This document shows positions 1 to 7,913 of a DNA stretch of 24,000 nt, one piece after another. This stretch comes from an uncultured Methanosarcinales archaeon (lineage in GTDB: Archaea; Nanobdellota; Nanobdellia; Woesearchaeales; ARS49). Below the pieces are notes generated by a model that ran no database searches, was not told where the DNA came from, and worked only from the letters and a program-made list of their open reading frames with translations. A program made the translations under genes and the position numbers. Within the stretch, counting starts at the first letter, position 1. Every line of letters starts with the position of its first letter. Location: assembly GCA_964360075.1 (NCBI GenBank), contig CAYHVU010000001.1, positions 19,504 through 43,503 of the forward strand, given 5' to 3'.

Positions 1-110
1 AAACCCACCCTTCTACCATAAGAAAAACCGCTGATTGTTTATAAGTCTTTCTATCGTAAAATGCGTTTATAGAGTCTATAAGTGGATTTAAATGCACTTT
101 CAGGAAAAGA

Positions 111-254
111 TTACACTTGCCTGATAAGGTTCGAACGTACCGTAAAACTCGACGGGCAATACACACACTTTTTGCGCTTGTCAGACAGTATTTTATCAGA
201 AGTGTGGTACTTCATTGTATTCTTGCACTTGGGACAGCGCAGAAGAAACATCAT
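111..254 (-). CDS. small 4-Cys zinc-ribbon protein (47 aa), absent from supplied ORF track
   Basis: Hand translation of the minus strand gives MMFLLRCPKCKNTMKYHTSDKILSDKRKKCVYCPSSFTVRSNLIRQV*. It has two CxxC pairs (CPKC and CVYC). The ATG at 254-252 overlaps the TGA stop of the upstream scpB-like ORF (ATGA at 254-251), which suggests translational coupling. Confidence 0.45.
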   Translation of the reverse strand: MMFLLRCPKCKNTMKYHTSDKILSDKRKKCVYCPSSFTVRSNLIRQV

Positions 255-1405
255 TCTTTTTCTACGTGCTTGCCGTGCACGAGCTCTTCAACGCGCTCAT
301 CGATACGCTTCTGGATTTCCTCGGAAATGCCTTGCGAAAACAGGCCTTTACCCTTGAATTCGCGCGACGACTCTTTGCCTTCCGCAATGTTTTGCGCAAT
401 TTCCTCTATCTGTTCTTCTGTGATTGCAGGCGTTTCAGGTTCTGCAGCTTCCGCAGCCGCTTCTTGCTTTGCTTCTTCGCGTGCTTGCTCGATAACTGCA
501 TCTTCAGGTGATGTTTCTGGTTCTGTTGATTCTGTTTGTTGAAGTTCTACTGATACTGGTTTCTCTTGTGTTGTTTTTTCCGCAGTCTTATCTTCAGAAA
601 TTGGAGTCAGTTCTACTTCAGATTCGCCGTACATTTCCATGCCATTCATTTTGTGGACTTCAACCCGCGGGCCAGAAGGCGGCTCGTTCGGAATTGGCGT
701 CGTTTTATATGTTGAAAGCTTGTGCTTCTCGCCTTCTTCATCCAACAATTCAATGGGTGACATTTTCGCGAGTGCAATGTCAAGTTTGACGTGTTCTTCA
801 GCAGTATGCTTCTTGTGCGCATCATCCGCTTGCTTCATTTTCACCTGATGCTCAATCAATTCCTTGCTGCGCTGTTCCATATCTGATTCTTTTTCTTCAA
901 TCGCTTTCTCTATTGCAAGCACATTTTTGAATTTCTCTTTGAGTTGGGCCTCAGGAATGTCAAAGTATTGGAAGAATTTCGGGGCCAATCTTATCAATTT
1001 GGTGCGTCCATGCTTTTGTCGCGTCAAAAATCCATCTTGCTCGAGCAACGCAAGATGATCGTACGCCTTATTCGTGCGCACCTTGACGATGTGACTCTGC
1101 ATTACTGGATTCTTGTACGCAATCACGGCAAGCGTTTCCATGACGCTTTTCGGCAATTCTGTTTGTGTGACGATTTTGCGCACTGTTCCGAGATACGCCT
1201 CTCGCACCGAAAGTTTCCACGCAGTCCCGTCTTGCACGACCATGAGCGAGCCACTACGAATTTCGTATTCGCCTTTAAGCTCTTCAAGCACACGCAGCAC
1301 TTTTTCTGTATCTTTCTCTTTCACGAGTTTTGCTATCTCAAGAAGCTCGATCTTTCTGCCGATCGAGAACAAAATGCTTTCCACCTGCTTTTTGATATCT
1401 TCCAT
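251..1405 (-). CDS. scpB: segregation and condensation protein B (ScpB) with a long acidic C-terminal extension
   Basis: 384-aa ORF. The N-terminal ~170 aa (ESILFSIGRKI...LPKSVMETLAVIAYKNPVMQSHIVKVRTNKAYDHLALLEQDGFLTRQKHGRTKLIRLAPKF) fit the tandem winged-helix ScpB pattern. Residues ~180-384 are E/K/T/P-rich low complexity. Confidence 0.8.
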   Translation of the reverse strand: MEDIKKQVESILFSIGRKIELLEIAKLVKEKDTEKVLRVLEELKGEYEIRSGSLMVVQDGTAWKLSVREAYLGTVRKIVTQTELPKSVMETLAVIAYKNPVMQSHIVKVRTNKAYDHLALLEQDGFLTRQKHGRTKLIRLAPKFFQYFDIPEAQLKEKFKNVLAIEKAIEEKESDMEQRSKELIEHQVKMKQADDAHKKHTAEEHVKLDIALAKMSPIELLDEEGEKHKLSTYKTTPIPNEPPSGPRVEVHKMNGMEMYGESEVELTPISEDKTAEKTTQEKPVSVELQQTESTEPETSPEDAVIEQAREEAKQEAAAEAAEPETPAITEEQIEEIAQNIAEGKESSREFKGKGLFSQGISEEIQKRIDERVEELVHGKHVEKE

Positions 1406-1971
1406 TATGCTGTGTAAATTGTACCTGTCTTTTTTATTTTTTTGGCCGTTACCAGCTGATCAAGATAGTGCCCAATTTTATCCACTGGAATGCCGATGAG
1501 TGTACTCAACTCATCAACGGTCTTTGGGCTTTGCTTCACTGCGAACATGATAAAGTTATGGAGAATGTTCATGGCATTCGTATCGAGAACTTTCGTCATG
1601 GCACGCGCCTGTTTCAACGCAAGATCCACAGTGTGCAAACGCGCCTGCAAATCATTGAGAAACCCTTCGAAATCTTTGCCTTGCATTTTCAGCTCAACAG
1701 GTTCGAGGATTTCGATGCTGCTCGGCATCGCGTCGAAGCAGAACGAAAGCAGGTGATTTGCGTCCTTGAATGTCATGTCAAGTTCGACAAAGACCGCATA
1801 GAGTCCATCACGTTCTTGGGGCTCTGCATAATCTTCCTTGTGGATGGTGACAGTCTTGTCGCCCTTCAATCGCGCAACATAATCCTTGAGCGTCGTTACT
1901 GCATGCTCTTTCGGCGAGCCGAGCACCTCGATGATTATGCGCGTGTGCACATGTTGAAGGATTTGTTCCAT
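1405..1971 (-). CDS. hypothetical protein with C-terminal winged-helix-like segment, co-transcribed with scpB
   Basis: 188-aa ORF whose stop overlaps the scpB start at 1405. A TATA-like CTTTTTAAA (minus strand, 1993-2001) lies 22 nt upstream of the ATG. The C-terminus KTVDELSTLIGIPVDKIGHYLDQLV looks like an HTH. No ScpA signature or other family was recognised. Confidence 0.55.
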   Translation of the reverse strand: MEQILQHVHTRIIIEVLGSPKEHAVTTLKDYVARLKGDKTVTIHKEDYAEPQERDGLYAVFVELDMTFKDANHLLSFCFDAMPSSIEILEPVELKMQGKDFEGFLNDLQARLHTVDLALKQARAMTKVLDTNAMNILHNFIMFAVKQSPKTVDELSTLIGIPVDKIGHYLDQLVTAKKIKKTGTIYTA

Positions 1972-2001
1972 GTAGTTTCAGGAGTTTGACGCTTTAAAAA
2001 G

Positions 2002-2187
2002 CTAGCGCCTCCAGATTATGACTGCAATGATGAGCACGAGCACGCCTCCAAGAATCCAAAAAGCACCATGAAAGCCGGTTTCTGCAACTGCAAGCCCTGT
2101 AACCTGCGCTGCAGTGTGTCCTGCAACGCCGAGCTCAAGTACAAGCGGAATGGATACCATGCAACAAGAAAGGTATTCAGAATTCAA
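2002..2187 (-). CDS. possible small membrane protein (61 aa)
   Basis: ORF-track entry with a hydrophobic C-terminal segment, FWILGGVLVLIIAVIIWRR. It has the same orientation as the scpB operon. No homology was recognised, so it could be spurious. Confidence 0.3.
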   Translation of the reverse strand: MNSEYLSCCMVSIPLVLELGVAGHTAAQVTGLAVAETGFHGAFWILGGVLVLIIAVIIWRR

Positions 2188-2205
2188 AAGGTTTCAGGCG
2201 CCATT

Positions 2206-2222
2206 GCCGGAAAGTTTCCGGC
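2206..2222. promoter_or_regulatory. 17-bp inverted repeat GCCGGAAA-G-TTTCCGGC plus downstream CGGAA(A/G) direct repeats
   Basis: Two perfect 8-nt arms around one central base, located in the 2188-2356 intergenic region. Related CCGGAAGA (2227-2234) and ACGGAAAAGA (2238-2247) follow. Its function (operator or hairpin) is not established. Confidence 0.25.
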
Positions 2223-2356
2223 CAAACCGGAAGAATTACGGAAAAGACACAGCGTCGCTTATAAAGAAACAGTATAAAACAAGAAATTCACCACTTTCAA
2301 ATGCGAAACAATCTTTTTATGGTGCCATTAAAAGGAAACACGTGGGGGAAACCGCG

Positions 2357-2770
2357 ATGGGACTATTTGATGCATTCAAAAGGAAGCAAGAGCCAATGGA
2401 ATTGCCTCCGCCGCCTATTCCTGATGAGTTTGAACTCCCACCAATGCCAGACTCCCAGGAAATGCCAGAAACGCCTGAAGAATTGCCTGCTGAAATCCAC
2501 GAAGAATCTGACATCCCTGAAGCAGAGCATCACTCAGAAGTCCACAGGCCAAGCCGCGAAGGGCCTTTGTTTGTCAGCATGCAGGATTATCAGGCCATTC
2601 TGAGCGATGTCAACGGTATCCGCACAAAAATTGGGGACGCAGAAGAATCTTTCAAGAAGCTCGGCGAACTCAAGGATGCCCAGGACAAACTCATCGATGA
2701 CTGGCGCGGTCTGTTCGAGCAAGTACAAAAGAAACTGACATACGTAGATGACGTGTTGTTTGAGAGGTGA
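2357..2770 (+). CDS. small coiled-coil protein, paralog 1 of a tandem triad (N-terminal amphipathic MGLFDAFKRK, Pro/Glu-rich linker)
   Basis: The ORF track starts at 2114, but that N-terminus is non-protein-like. I place the start at ATG 2357, where a TATA-like ATTAAAAG (2327-2334) lies 23 nt upstream. The C-terminal 70 aa, PLFVSMQDYQAILSDV...AQDKLIDDWRGLFEQVQKKLTYVDDVLFE, align with the next ORF. Confidence 0.6.
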   Translation: MGLFDAFKRKQEPMELPPPPIPDEFELPPMPDSQEMPETPEELPAEIHEESDIPEAEHHSEVHRPSREGPLFVSMQDYQAILSDVNGIRTKIGDAEESFKKLGELKDAQDKLIDDWRGLFEQVQKKLTYVDDVLFER

Positions 2771-2775
2771 CCATC

Positions 2776-3006
2776 ATGGATGAAAGACAGACCCCGGTAT
2801 TTGTGAAACTCAGCGAATACAAAGAGCTCACTGAAGTAATCAGCCTTGCACGTGATGGCATCCAGAAATGTAAGGCTGTACTTAGCAGGATTCACGACAT
2901 CAAAGCCCAAGAAGACGCAATCCTCGAATCCTGGCAGACTGAACTTAATGACATTGACGGAAAGGTTGATGACGTAGACAAACGGCTTATGGAGCCCGAA
3001 GTATGA
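2776..3006 (+). CDS. small coiled-coil protein, paralog 2 of the triad
   Basis: ATG 2776 is preceded by GAGAGGTGA (SD-like) 5 nt upstream; the track uses GTG 2767. PVFVKLSEYKELTEVI...AQEDAILESWQTELNDIDGKVDDVDKRLMEPE parallels the C-terminal module of paralog 1. Confidence 0.6.
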   Translation: MDERQTPVFVKLSEYKELTEVISLARDGIQKCKAVLSRIHDIKAQEDAILESWQTELNDIDGKVDDVDKRLMEPEV

Positions 3007-3359
3007 AGGACGGTCACGTTTTCTACGCAGGCATCCACAATCCAATAGAACTGCGCAGGGATCTCTTGCTGGCGCAAAAGGACATTCTGGACAGTCTCAA
3101 GAAACATGAGCATATGCGCGCTCTCCGCGCAGAAAAAGAAATGATGATGGGTGAATTCAGAAAGCGCCTTGGTGCAATCAAACTTATCATGAACAAGCTT
3201 AAGTCTATGTTACCCGCGCATGCCATCAGGGCACCAGCTGACCAGCCACGCACTGCTTCCGCGCCTGCAAAGAAGGAAGCGAAAGAACGCAAAACAAAGC
3301 TACAGCTGCTGGAAGACGAGCTTTCGCGCATAGAGTCTAAATTGAGCTCTCTCGAGTAA
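3003..3359 (+). CDS. small coiled-coil protein, member 3 of the triad
   Basis: The ATG overlaps the previous stop (ATGA at 3003-3006). HVFYAGIHNPIELRRDLLLAQKDILDSLKKHEHMRALRAEKEMMMGEFRKRLGAIKLIMNKLKSMLP has the same layout, followed by a basic linker and a terminal heptad segment LQLLEDELSRIESKLSSLE. Confidence 0.6.
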   Translation: MKDGHVFYAGIHNPIELRRDLLLAQKDILDSLKKHEHMRALRAEKEMMMGEFRKRLGAIKLIMNKLKSMLPAHAIRAPADQPRTASAPAKKEAKERKTKLQLLEDELSRIESKLSSLE

Positions 3360-3443
3360 GTGTTCTCCATTATCGTAACTCCAGAATAACAATACTTAAA
3401 TAGGAACATCGAGCAGTTTCTGTTTGCAAATGGGGGCAGAGTT

Positions 3444-4190
3444 ATGAAATTAGTACTTGCAGACGCAACCTATCTCAAGGACAGCATTTCAGTTCTTTCC
3501 GAGCTTGTAAACGAAGCTCGCTTCAAGATAACGAAGGACGCCATCGAAGTCATTGCCATGGACCCGGCAAATGTTGCCATGGTCATCTTCAAACTCTTGT
3601 CGAGCTGTTTCACAGAATACGAAGTGCCTAAAGACCAAGAAATCGCGATCAACCTGCAGAACTTCAAGCAAGTGCTGAAACGCGCCAGCCCGAGCGACAT
3701 TCTCACGCTGGAAGTCTCGGCCGAAAACAAGCTTGTAGTACAGTTGAAAGGAAGCACTACGCGCACTTTCTCGTTGCCAATAATCGACATTGAGGAAAAG
3801 GAACAAAGAATTCCTAACCTCACGTTTCCCGTCACTATCTCTATGCCGAGCAGCACGCTCAACGATGCCATTTCAGACGTTGACATCATTGCCGAGTCTG
3901 TGAGTTTTGCTGCAGAACCTGAACGCTTTTCAATTATGGCCGAAGGCGACTTGAGCAAGGCGCACATTGATATGAAAGCAGGCGATGACATCACTGTTCG
4001 TTCCGAGACCACAGCAAAAGTCAAGGCAAAGTACTCTATTGAATACCTGAAGAAAATGATTCAGGCCGCGAAATTGGCAGACAAGGTCGAGATTCATTTC
4101 AACCAAGACTATCCGTTGCGTCTTGACTACAAGGTCATCGACAAGCTCGCAGTAAGTTTTATTCTGGCGCCGCGTGTTGAGAATGACTGA
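3444..4190 (+). CDS. pcn: DNA polymerase sliding clamp (PCNA)
   Basis: 248 aa, typical PCNA length and N-terminus (ADATYLKDSISVLSELVNEARFKITKDAIEVIAMDPANVAMV). A TATA-like CTTAAATAG lies ~40 nt upstream, and GGGGG precedes the ATG. Confidence 0.9.
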   Translation: MKLVLADATYLKDSISVLSELVNEARFKITKDAIEVIAMDPANVAMVIFKLLSSCFTEYEVPKDQEIAINLQNFKQVLKRASPSDILTLEVSAENKLVVQLKGSTTRTFSLPIIDIEEKEQRIPNLTFPVTISMPSSTLNDAISDVDIIAESVSFAAEPERFSIMAEGDLSKAHIDMKAGDDITVRSETTAKVKAKYSIEYLKKMIQAAKLADKVEIHFNQDYPLRLDYKVIDKLAVSFILAPRVEND

Positions 4191-4234
4191 CGAAACCTTT
4201 ATATAACGTTTTACGCGGGGCAAAACGGGGCACA

Positions 4235-5134
4235 ATGACATTACTCGTTTTGATGGCAGGAGAAGGTCTCAGATTCAAGTCTGCAGGCTACATTCACATC
4301 AAACCTTTGATGAGAATCGGCGGAAAGTTCGCGGTCAAGCATCTTCTCGACAGTTTTCCGAAAGAAAAAAACATAGTTTTCGTCTGCTCGCTTGAGCAGT
4401 TCAGAAAGAGCAATCTCGCTGACGCGCTGCAAACGATGAGCGGCGATTGCAAACTTGTTGCAATCAAAGCACACAGTCAAGGCCCGCTAGTCTCTGCGCG
4501 CGAAGCATACACACAAATGCCTGATACTGAAGAGGTCATCGTTTCGCCTATTGGATTGTCGCTTTATTGGAATCTTCCTGACTTCAAGCAAAAGATGAAA
4601 TGCCAAAACTGTGATGCAGCTGTGCTTGTTGTAAGGGGCGGCCACCCGGCTGCTGAAGGTTCCAAAGCGTACGGTTTCGTGCATGCTGACGGGCAAAAAC
4701 TCATCGATTTGCACGATGCAGGACAACCAGACAGTCCTGTCTCAATCGGAGCATATTGGTTCAAGGACGGCGCGCTTATGAAAAAATACTTCGACAAGGC
4801 GCTCGCAGCGGGCCTGAAAACTGGCGAAGAATTCTGGTGCGGTCAGGCATTGAATCTGCTCGTCAAAGATGGCAAGAACGTGTTCGTTCATGAACTGCAG
4901 CATGCTGCGCAATGGGGCACGCCAGAAAGTTTGGAACAGTTCGAAGCCTGGTCTCGTGTGTTCTCATTGATTTGCGGAAAGTTCGCGACGCGACCAGTTA
5001 CAGAAATCCCCGCAACTCGAGAAGCCTTAGTGATGGCGCGACCCGATCAGAAAGCGTTGCATCCGAAGATTTTCACGATATGGCACGGTTACTTTGCGAG
5101 TGCGCCTTGGCATCCGTATTTCGGTTCGAAATAG
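4235..5134 (+). CDS. sugar-phosphate nucleotidyltransferase-like protein (GT-A/NTP_transferase fold)
   Basis: The N-terminal LVLMAGEGLRFKSAGYIHIKPLMRIGGK matches the (L/P)MAGxGxRF...KPL signature of nucleotidyltransferases found in polysaccharide clusters. TATA TTTATATA at 4198-4205. Confidence 0.6.
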   Translation: MTLLVLMAGEGLRFKSAGYIHIKPLMRIGGKFAVKHLLDSFPKEKNIVFVCSLEQFRKSNLADALQTMSGDCKLVAIKAHSQGPLVSAREAYTQMPDTEEVIVSPIGLSLYWNLPDFKQKMKCQNCDAAVLVVRGGHPAAEGSKAYGFVHADGQKLIDLHDAGQPDSPVSIGAYWFKDGALMKKYFDKALAAGLKTGEEFWCGQALNLLVKDGKNVFVHELQHAAQWGTPESLEQFEAWSRVFSLICGKFATRPVTEIPATREALVMARPDQKALHPKIFTIWHGYFASAPWHPYFGSK

Positions 5135-5139
5135 AAGTC

Positions 5140-6666
5140 TTAACCGCGAATCATCGATAATGGAATGCGTTTCTCTTCCATCTTCACGGGCTCTTTCACC
5201 ACTACGATTGATGGGGTCATCTCAGGTTTGTTTTCAGGTGACTTGAAAAGGCTTGATTTCACTGAAAGCTTGAGCACTGACCAGCCTGCCGCGATATGTC
5301 TCTTGAGGTCTGAGAAGTTATTCATCTCAGTGAGTTTGCGGAACAAATATTTTGGCTGCATGTAGAGTCTGCGGTAACCATAACCCATGAGTTGCACTAT
5401 TTCTTCGCTCGTGAGATGCTTTGTTCTGACGAGCGATCTCGGTGCAAGAATGGCTGTGTACATATCAACTGTGAATTCAGGGATGAATAGATCCTCGTCG
5501 CGGATCTGTTCGTAAATTTCTGTTGTCGGAAAAGGACACAGGACCTGGATGGAAGGATAGTCCGCGCCGAGCTTGGCAGCGAAGTCTATTGTCTGCATTA
5601 CGTTTTCGCGAGTCTCCCATGGGAAGCCAATGATGAACGTAGCCTTGACGCGAATGCCGTATTTTTGTGTGAGCTTTACCGCTTTCGTGACTTGGTCTAG
5701 CGTGATGCCTTTTTTGATTTGTTTCAATCCTTCTTCGTATCCAGTTTCTACGCCGTATAAGATGCTCTTGCAACCTGCTTTAGCCATGATGGCAAGAATC
5801 TCATCATTGATGTGGCTCACGCGCGTGAGACAATCCCACGTGATGTCCCATTTTTTGTCTATCATGCCTTGACAGAGCTCAATGACACGATCATGACGCA
5901 CTGTGAATTCGTCGTCTTCGAAATAGATGTGTCTTACGCCGAACTCATCGTGCAATCGTTGGATGTGCTCGAGTGCTTTCTTCGCGCTCATTGCTCTCCA
6001 GCGGCCGCCAAAGACTTTTGATGAACAACAAAATGTGCAGAGGAAAGGGCAACCGCGCGAGGTCACCATTGAAAGCGTGCGTCTCCCGTTATCGTAGACT
6101 GCGTATGCGCGATACTTGTCCATCGGCAACAAATGATACGCGGGGAATGGCAAGTCGTCAAGATTGGCAATCCAAGGTCTTTTTTCGTTCATGATAAGCT
6201 TGCCGTGGTCCATGTAGCATAGACCTTTGATGGTGGCTAATGTGCCTTTCTTTTTGATGACATAATCCATGAGCTCGACTGCCGTGATTTCGCCTTCGCC
6301 GATGATACCGTAATCGATTGAACCCTGTCGCATCGTGTGTTCAGGAAGAATAGAAAGATGAGGACCGCCCGCGATAATTTTTACATCAGGACGAAGTTCT
6401 TTTGCGCGCTTCGCTAGCTCAAAACTTTTTAGAATGGTCGCGCCAATCGCGCTAACACCCATAACTTTGAGTTCAGGATCTTTCAATGCTTCGATGAAGC
6501 CCTTCTCATCGTAACCAGTCGCAAGCATATCCAGAATCTTGACTGTGTATCCTGCTTTTTCCAAGCAGGCCATGATTGTGGCCAGCCCAACACTAGGATA
6601 GATAGGACTTGCTCCTTGCATATCGCCATAGCTGAAAGGAGCTACAACAAACAGCATTTGTGTCAT
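5140..6666 (-). CDS. B12-binding-domain radical SAM enzyme (class B rSAM)
   Basis: 508 aa. N-terminal Rossmann-like cobalamin-domain pattern (VKILDM...MGVSAIGATI...IIAGGPH). Radical SAM CxxxCxxC motif in SRGCPFLCTFCCSS. A strong AGGAGG lies 8 nt upstream of the ATG. Confidence 0.85.
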   Translation of the reverse strand: MTQMLFVVAPFSYGDMQGASPIYPSVGLATIMACLEKAGYTVKILDMLATGYDEKGFIEALKDPELKVMGVSAIGATILKSFELAKRAKELRPDVKIIAGGPHLSILPEHTMRQGSIDYGIIGEGEITAVELMDYVIKKKGTLATIKGLCYMDHGKLIMNEKRPWIANLDDLPFPAYHLLPMDKYRAYAVYDNGRRTLSMVTSRGCPFLCTFCCSSKVFGGRWRAMSAKKALEHIQRLHDEFGVRHIYFEDDEFTVRHDRVIELCQGMIDKKWDITWDCLTRVSHINDEILAIMAKAGCKSILYGVETGYEEGLKQIKKGITLDQVTKAVKLTQKYGIRVKATFIIGFPWETRENVMQTIDFAAKLGADYPSIQVLCPFPTTEIYEQIRDEDLFIPEFTVDMYTAILAPRSLVRTKHLTSEEIVQLMGYGYRRLYMQPKYLFRKLTEMNNFSDLKRHIAAGWSVLKLSVKSSLFKSPENKPEMTPSIVVVKEPVKMEEKRIPLSMIRG

Positions 6667-6709
6667 TAAGAAATCCTCCTTTCCATGAGAAAAAATACCT
6701 TTTTCGGCC

Positions 6710-7243
6710 CTATTTATATCTTATGATTTTGTCGCTCTTGTAGACAATTTCGACTATATCTCCTTCTTTGACGAGATGGTTGTGTAAAGGAGTAGTTCCT
6801 TTACCGGGCTCTTCTCCATTGATGAGAATGATGATGCCACTCGTGGTCTTTCCCAATAGGTTGCGTGCCTGCACCTTGTGCTCTTTGATGTCCTCCAAAT
6901 GTAATGCACGTTTGCGTTCCTGCGTATCTGTATCAATGAACAATGCGATTTTCCAGATGGGATTCGTCTTAAGCTGGCGATTGATGTGCGCATAAACGCT
7001 TCTACCCGGCACCAAAACCTCTGTCTCCACGCCGATGGACGCATCGAATGCCGCAAGAAGTTGTGTTCGGTCTGTTCCTTTGTCAACGGTGAACCGTTCT
7101 ACCAGTTTGCAGTGCGGAACAACCGCGCCATTGCGTACAAAATCCTTGAGTTGTGACGCGCTGCGCTTCTTGACTATCACCAATTGCAGCAATCGTGGCA
7201 ATGATGCGCGGACGGTTGCGAGGAACGGCATGCCTATTTTCAC
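6710..7243 (-). CDS. hypothetical protein, C-terminus faintly beta-grasp (ThiS/MoaD/TGS)-like
   Basis: 177-aa ORF directly upstream of, and co-oriented with, the rSAM gene. The C-terminal IIILINGEEPGKGTTPLHNHLVKEGDIVEIV resembles beta-grasp proteins but has no terminal GG. The family is not recognised. Confidence 0.45.
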   Translation of the reverse strand: MKIGMPFLATVRASLPRLLQLVIVKKRSASQLKDFVRNGAVVPHCKLVERFTVDKGTDRTQLLAAFDASIGVETEVLVPGRSVYAHINRQLKTNPIWKIALFIDTDTQERKRALHLEDIKEHKVQARNLLGKTTSGIIILINGEEPGKGTTPLHNHLVKEGDIVEIVYKSDKIIRYK

Positions 7244-7319
7244 TCGAAACGGTATTTAAAGGTTCGTAACGTGTGATACATCGATAAAGTTTTAATAGTC
7301 GACAGTTGCTGACGACAAT

Positions 7320-7913
7320 ATGTCAACATATAATGTCACGTTTCACACCAAGAAATGCACTGGTGCGTTTCTCTGCACTTCAATAGCGCCTGCGTTCTTC
7401 AAACCTGCTGGAAGCATTGCGACACTCGCGCATGGCAATGAACATGGTGGTATACTCACACGCACGATTACGTGTTCTGAGCAAGAAGCGGAACGGCTAA
7501 AGGAAGCGGCCGAAAAATGCCCGTCAAATGTCATCGGCATCACTGACAGCAACGGTACGGTCATCGTTGGAACAAAGGTGCACGCGCGGTCTGACATCCG
7601 CGAAATCATAGCAGTCTACGATGACGCGAAAGAATTCGTGCTTGACCCGAAAGGCTACTTCCTTATACGCATTATCCCCGAAAAGAAACATATCGAAATT
7701 GGTTTCTGCGGCAGTCGCAACACGGTCGAGGTCAAGGTGACAGGAACAAAACCAATTGACATCTATCAAACGGTGTTGCGTGAGCACATTATCGACCGAC
7801 CTGATCATGCCGCATACTTAGGAAGGGAATTACAGAAAGCGTATGATGCGTTGCAGCTCGGCATTCCGTACGCGCAAGATGATGAGCTTGATTTTTCAAA
7901 GTGCAAGAAGTAG
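7320..7913 (+). CDS. ferredoxin-like domain fused to a DUF4346-like domain
   Basis: The N-terminal KKCTGAFLCTSIAPAFF...CSEQEA...EKCPSNVI fits the CxGxGxC...CP single-cluster ferredoxin pattern. The C-terminal DPKGYFLIRI...HAAYLGRELQKAYDAL...YAQDDELDF matches my recollection of DUF4346, a domain often linked to pterin-binding proteins. Confidence 0.55.
   Translation: MSTYNVTFHTKKCTGAFLCTSIAPAFFKPAGSIATLAHGNEHGGILTRTITCSEQEAERLKEAAEKCPSNVIGITDSNGTVIVGTKVHARSDIREIIAVYDDAKEFVLDPKGYFLIRIIPEKKHIEIGFCGSRNTVEVKVTGTKPIDIYQTVLREHIIDRPDHAAYLGRELQKAYDALQLGIPYAQDDELDFSKCKK

Noticed and set aside
1-19. Possible start of another minus-strand CDS (ATG at 19-17, MVEGWV...) running off the window edge, with TATA-like sequences at ~40-100.
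   Set aside because: Only six codons are visible, so it cannot be supported.
3470-4024. Long antisense or alternative-frame ORFs inside confident genes. Examples are 3470..4024(-) in PCNA, 16858..17463(-) in the MBL gene, 2590..3045(-) and 3023..3409(-) in the triad, 944..1417(+) and 1468..1989(+) in the scpB operon, 12320..12730(+) and 18544..18939(-).
   Set aside because: Each lies fully within a gene that has recognisable family motifs on the other strand or frame. Their products are low-complexity or Cys/Ser/Arg-rich with no motif.
7298-7316. Imperfect inverted repeat GTCGACAG-TTG-CTGACGAC just upstream of ATG 7320.
   Set aside because: It has one mismatch in 8 bp and no second copy or conserved context visible. 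It is too weak to call as a regulatory site.
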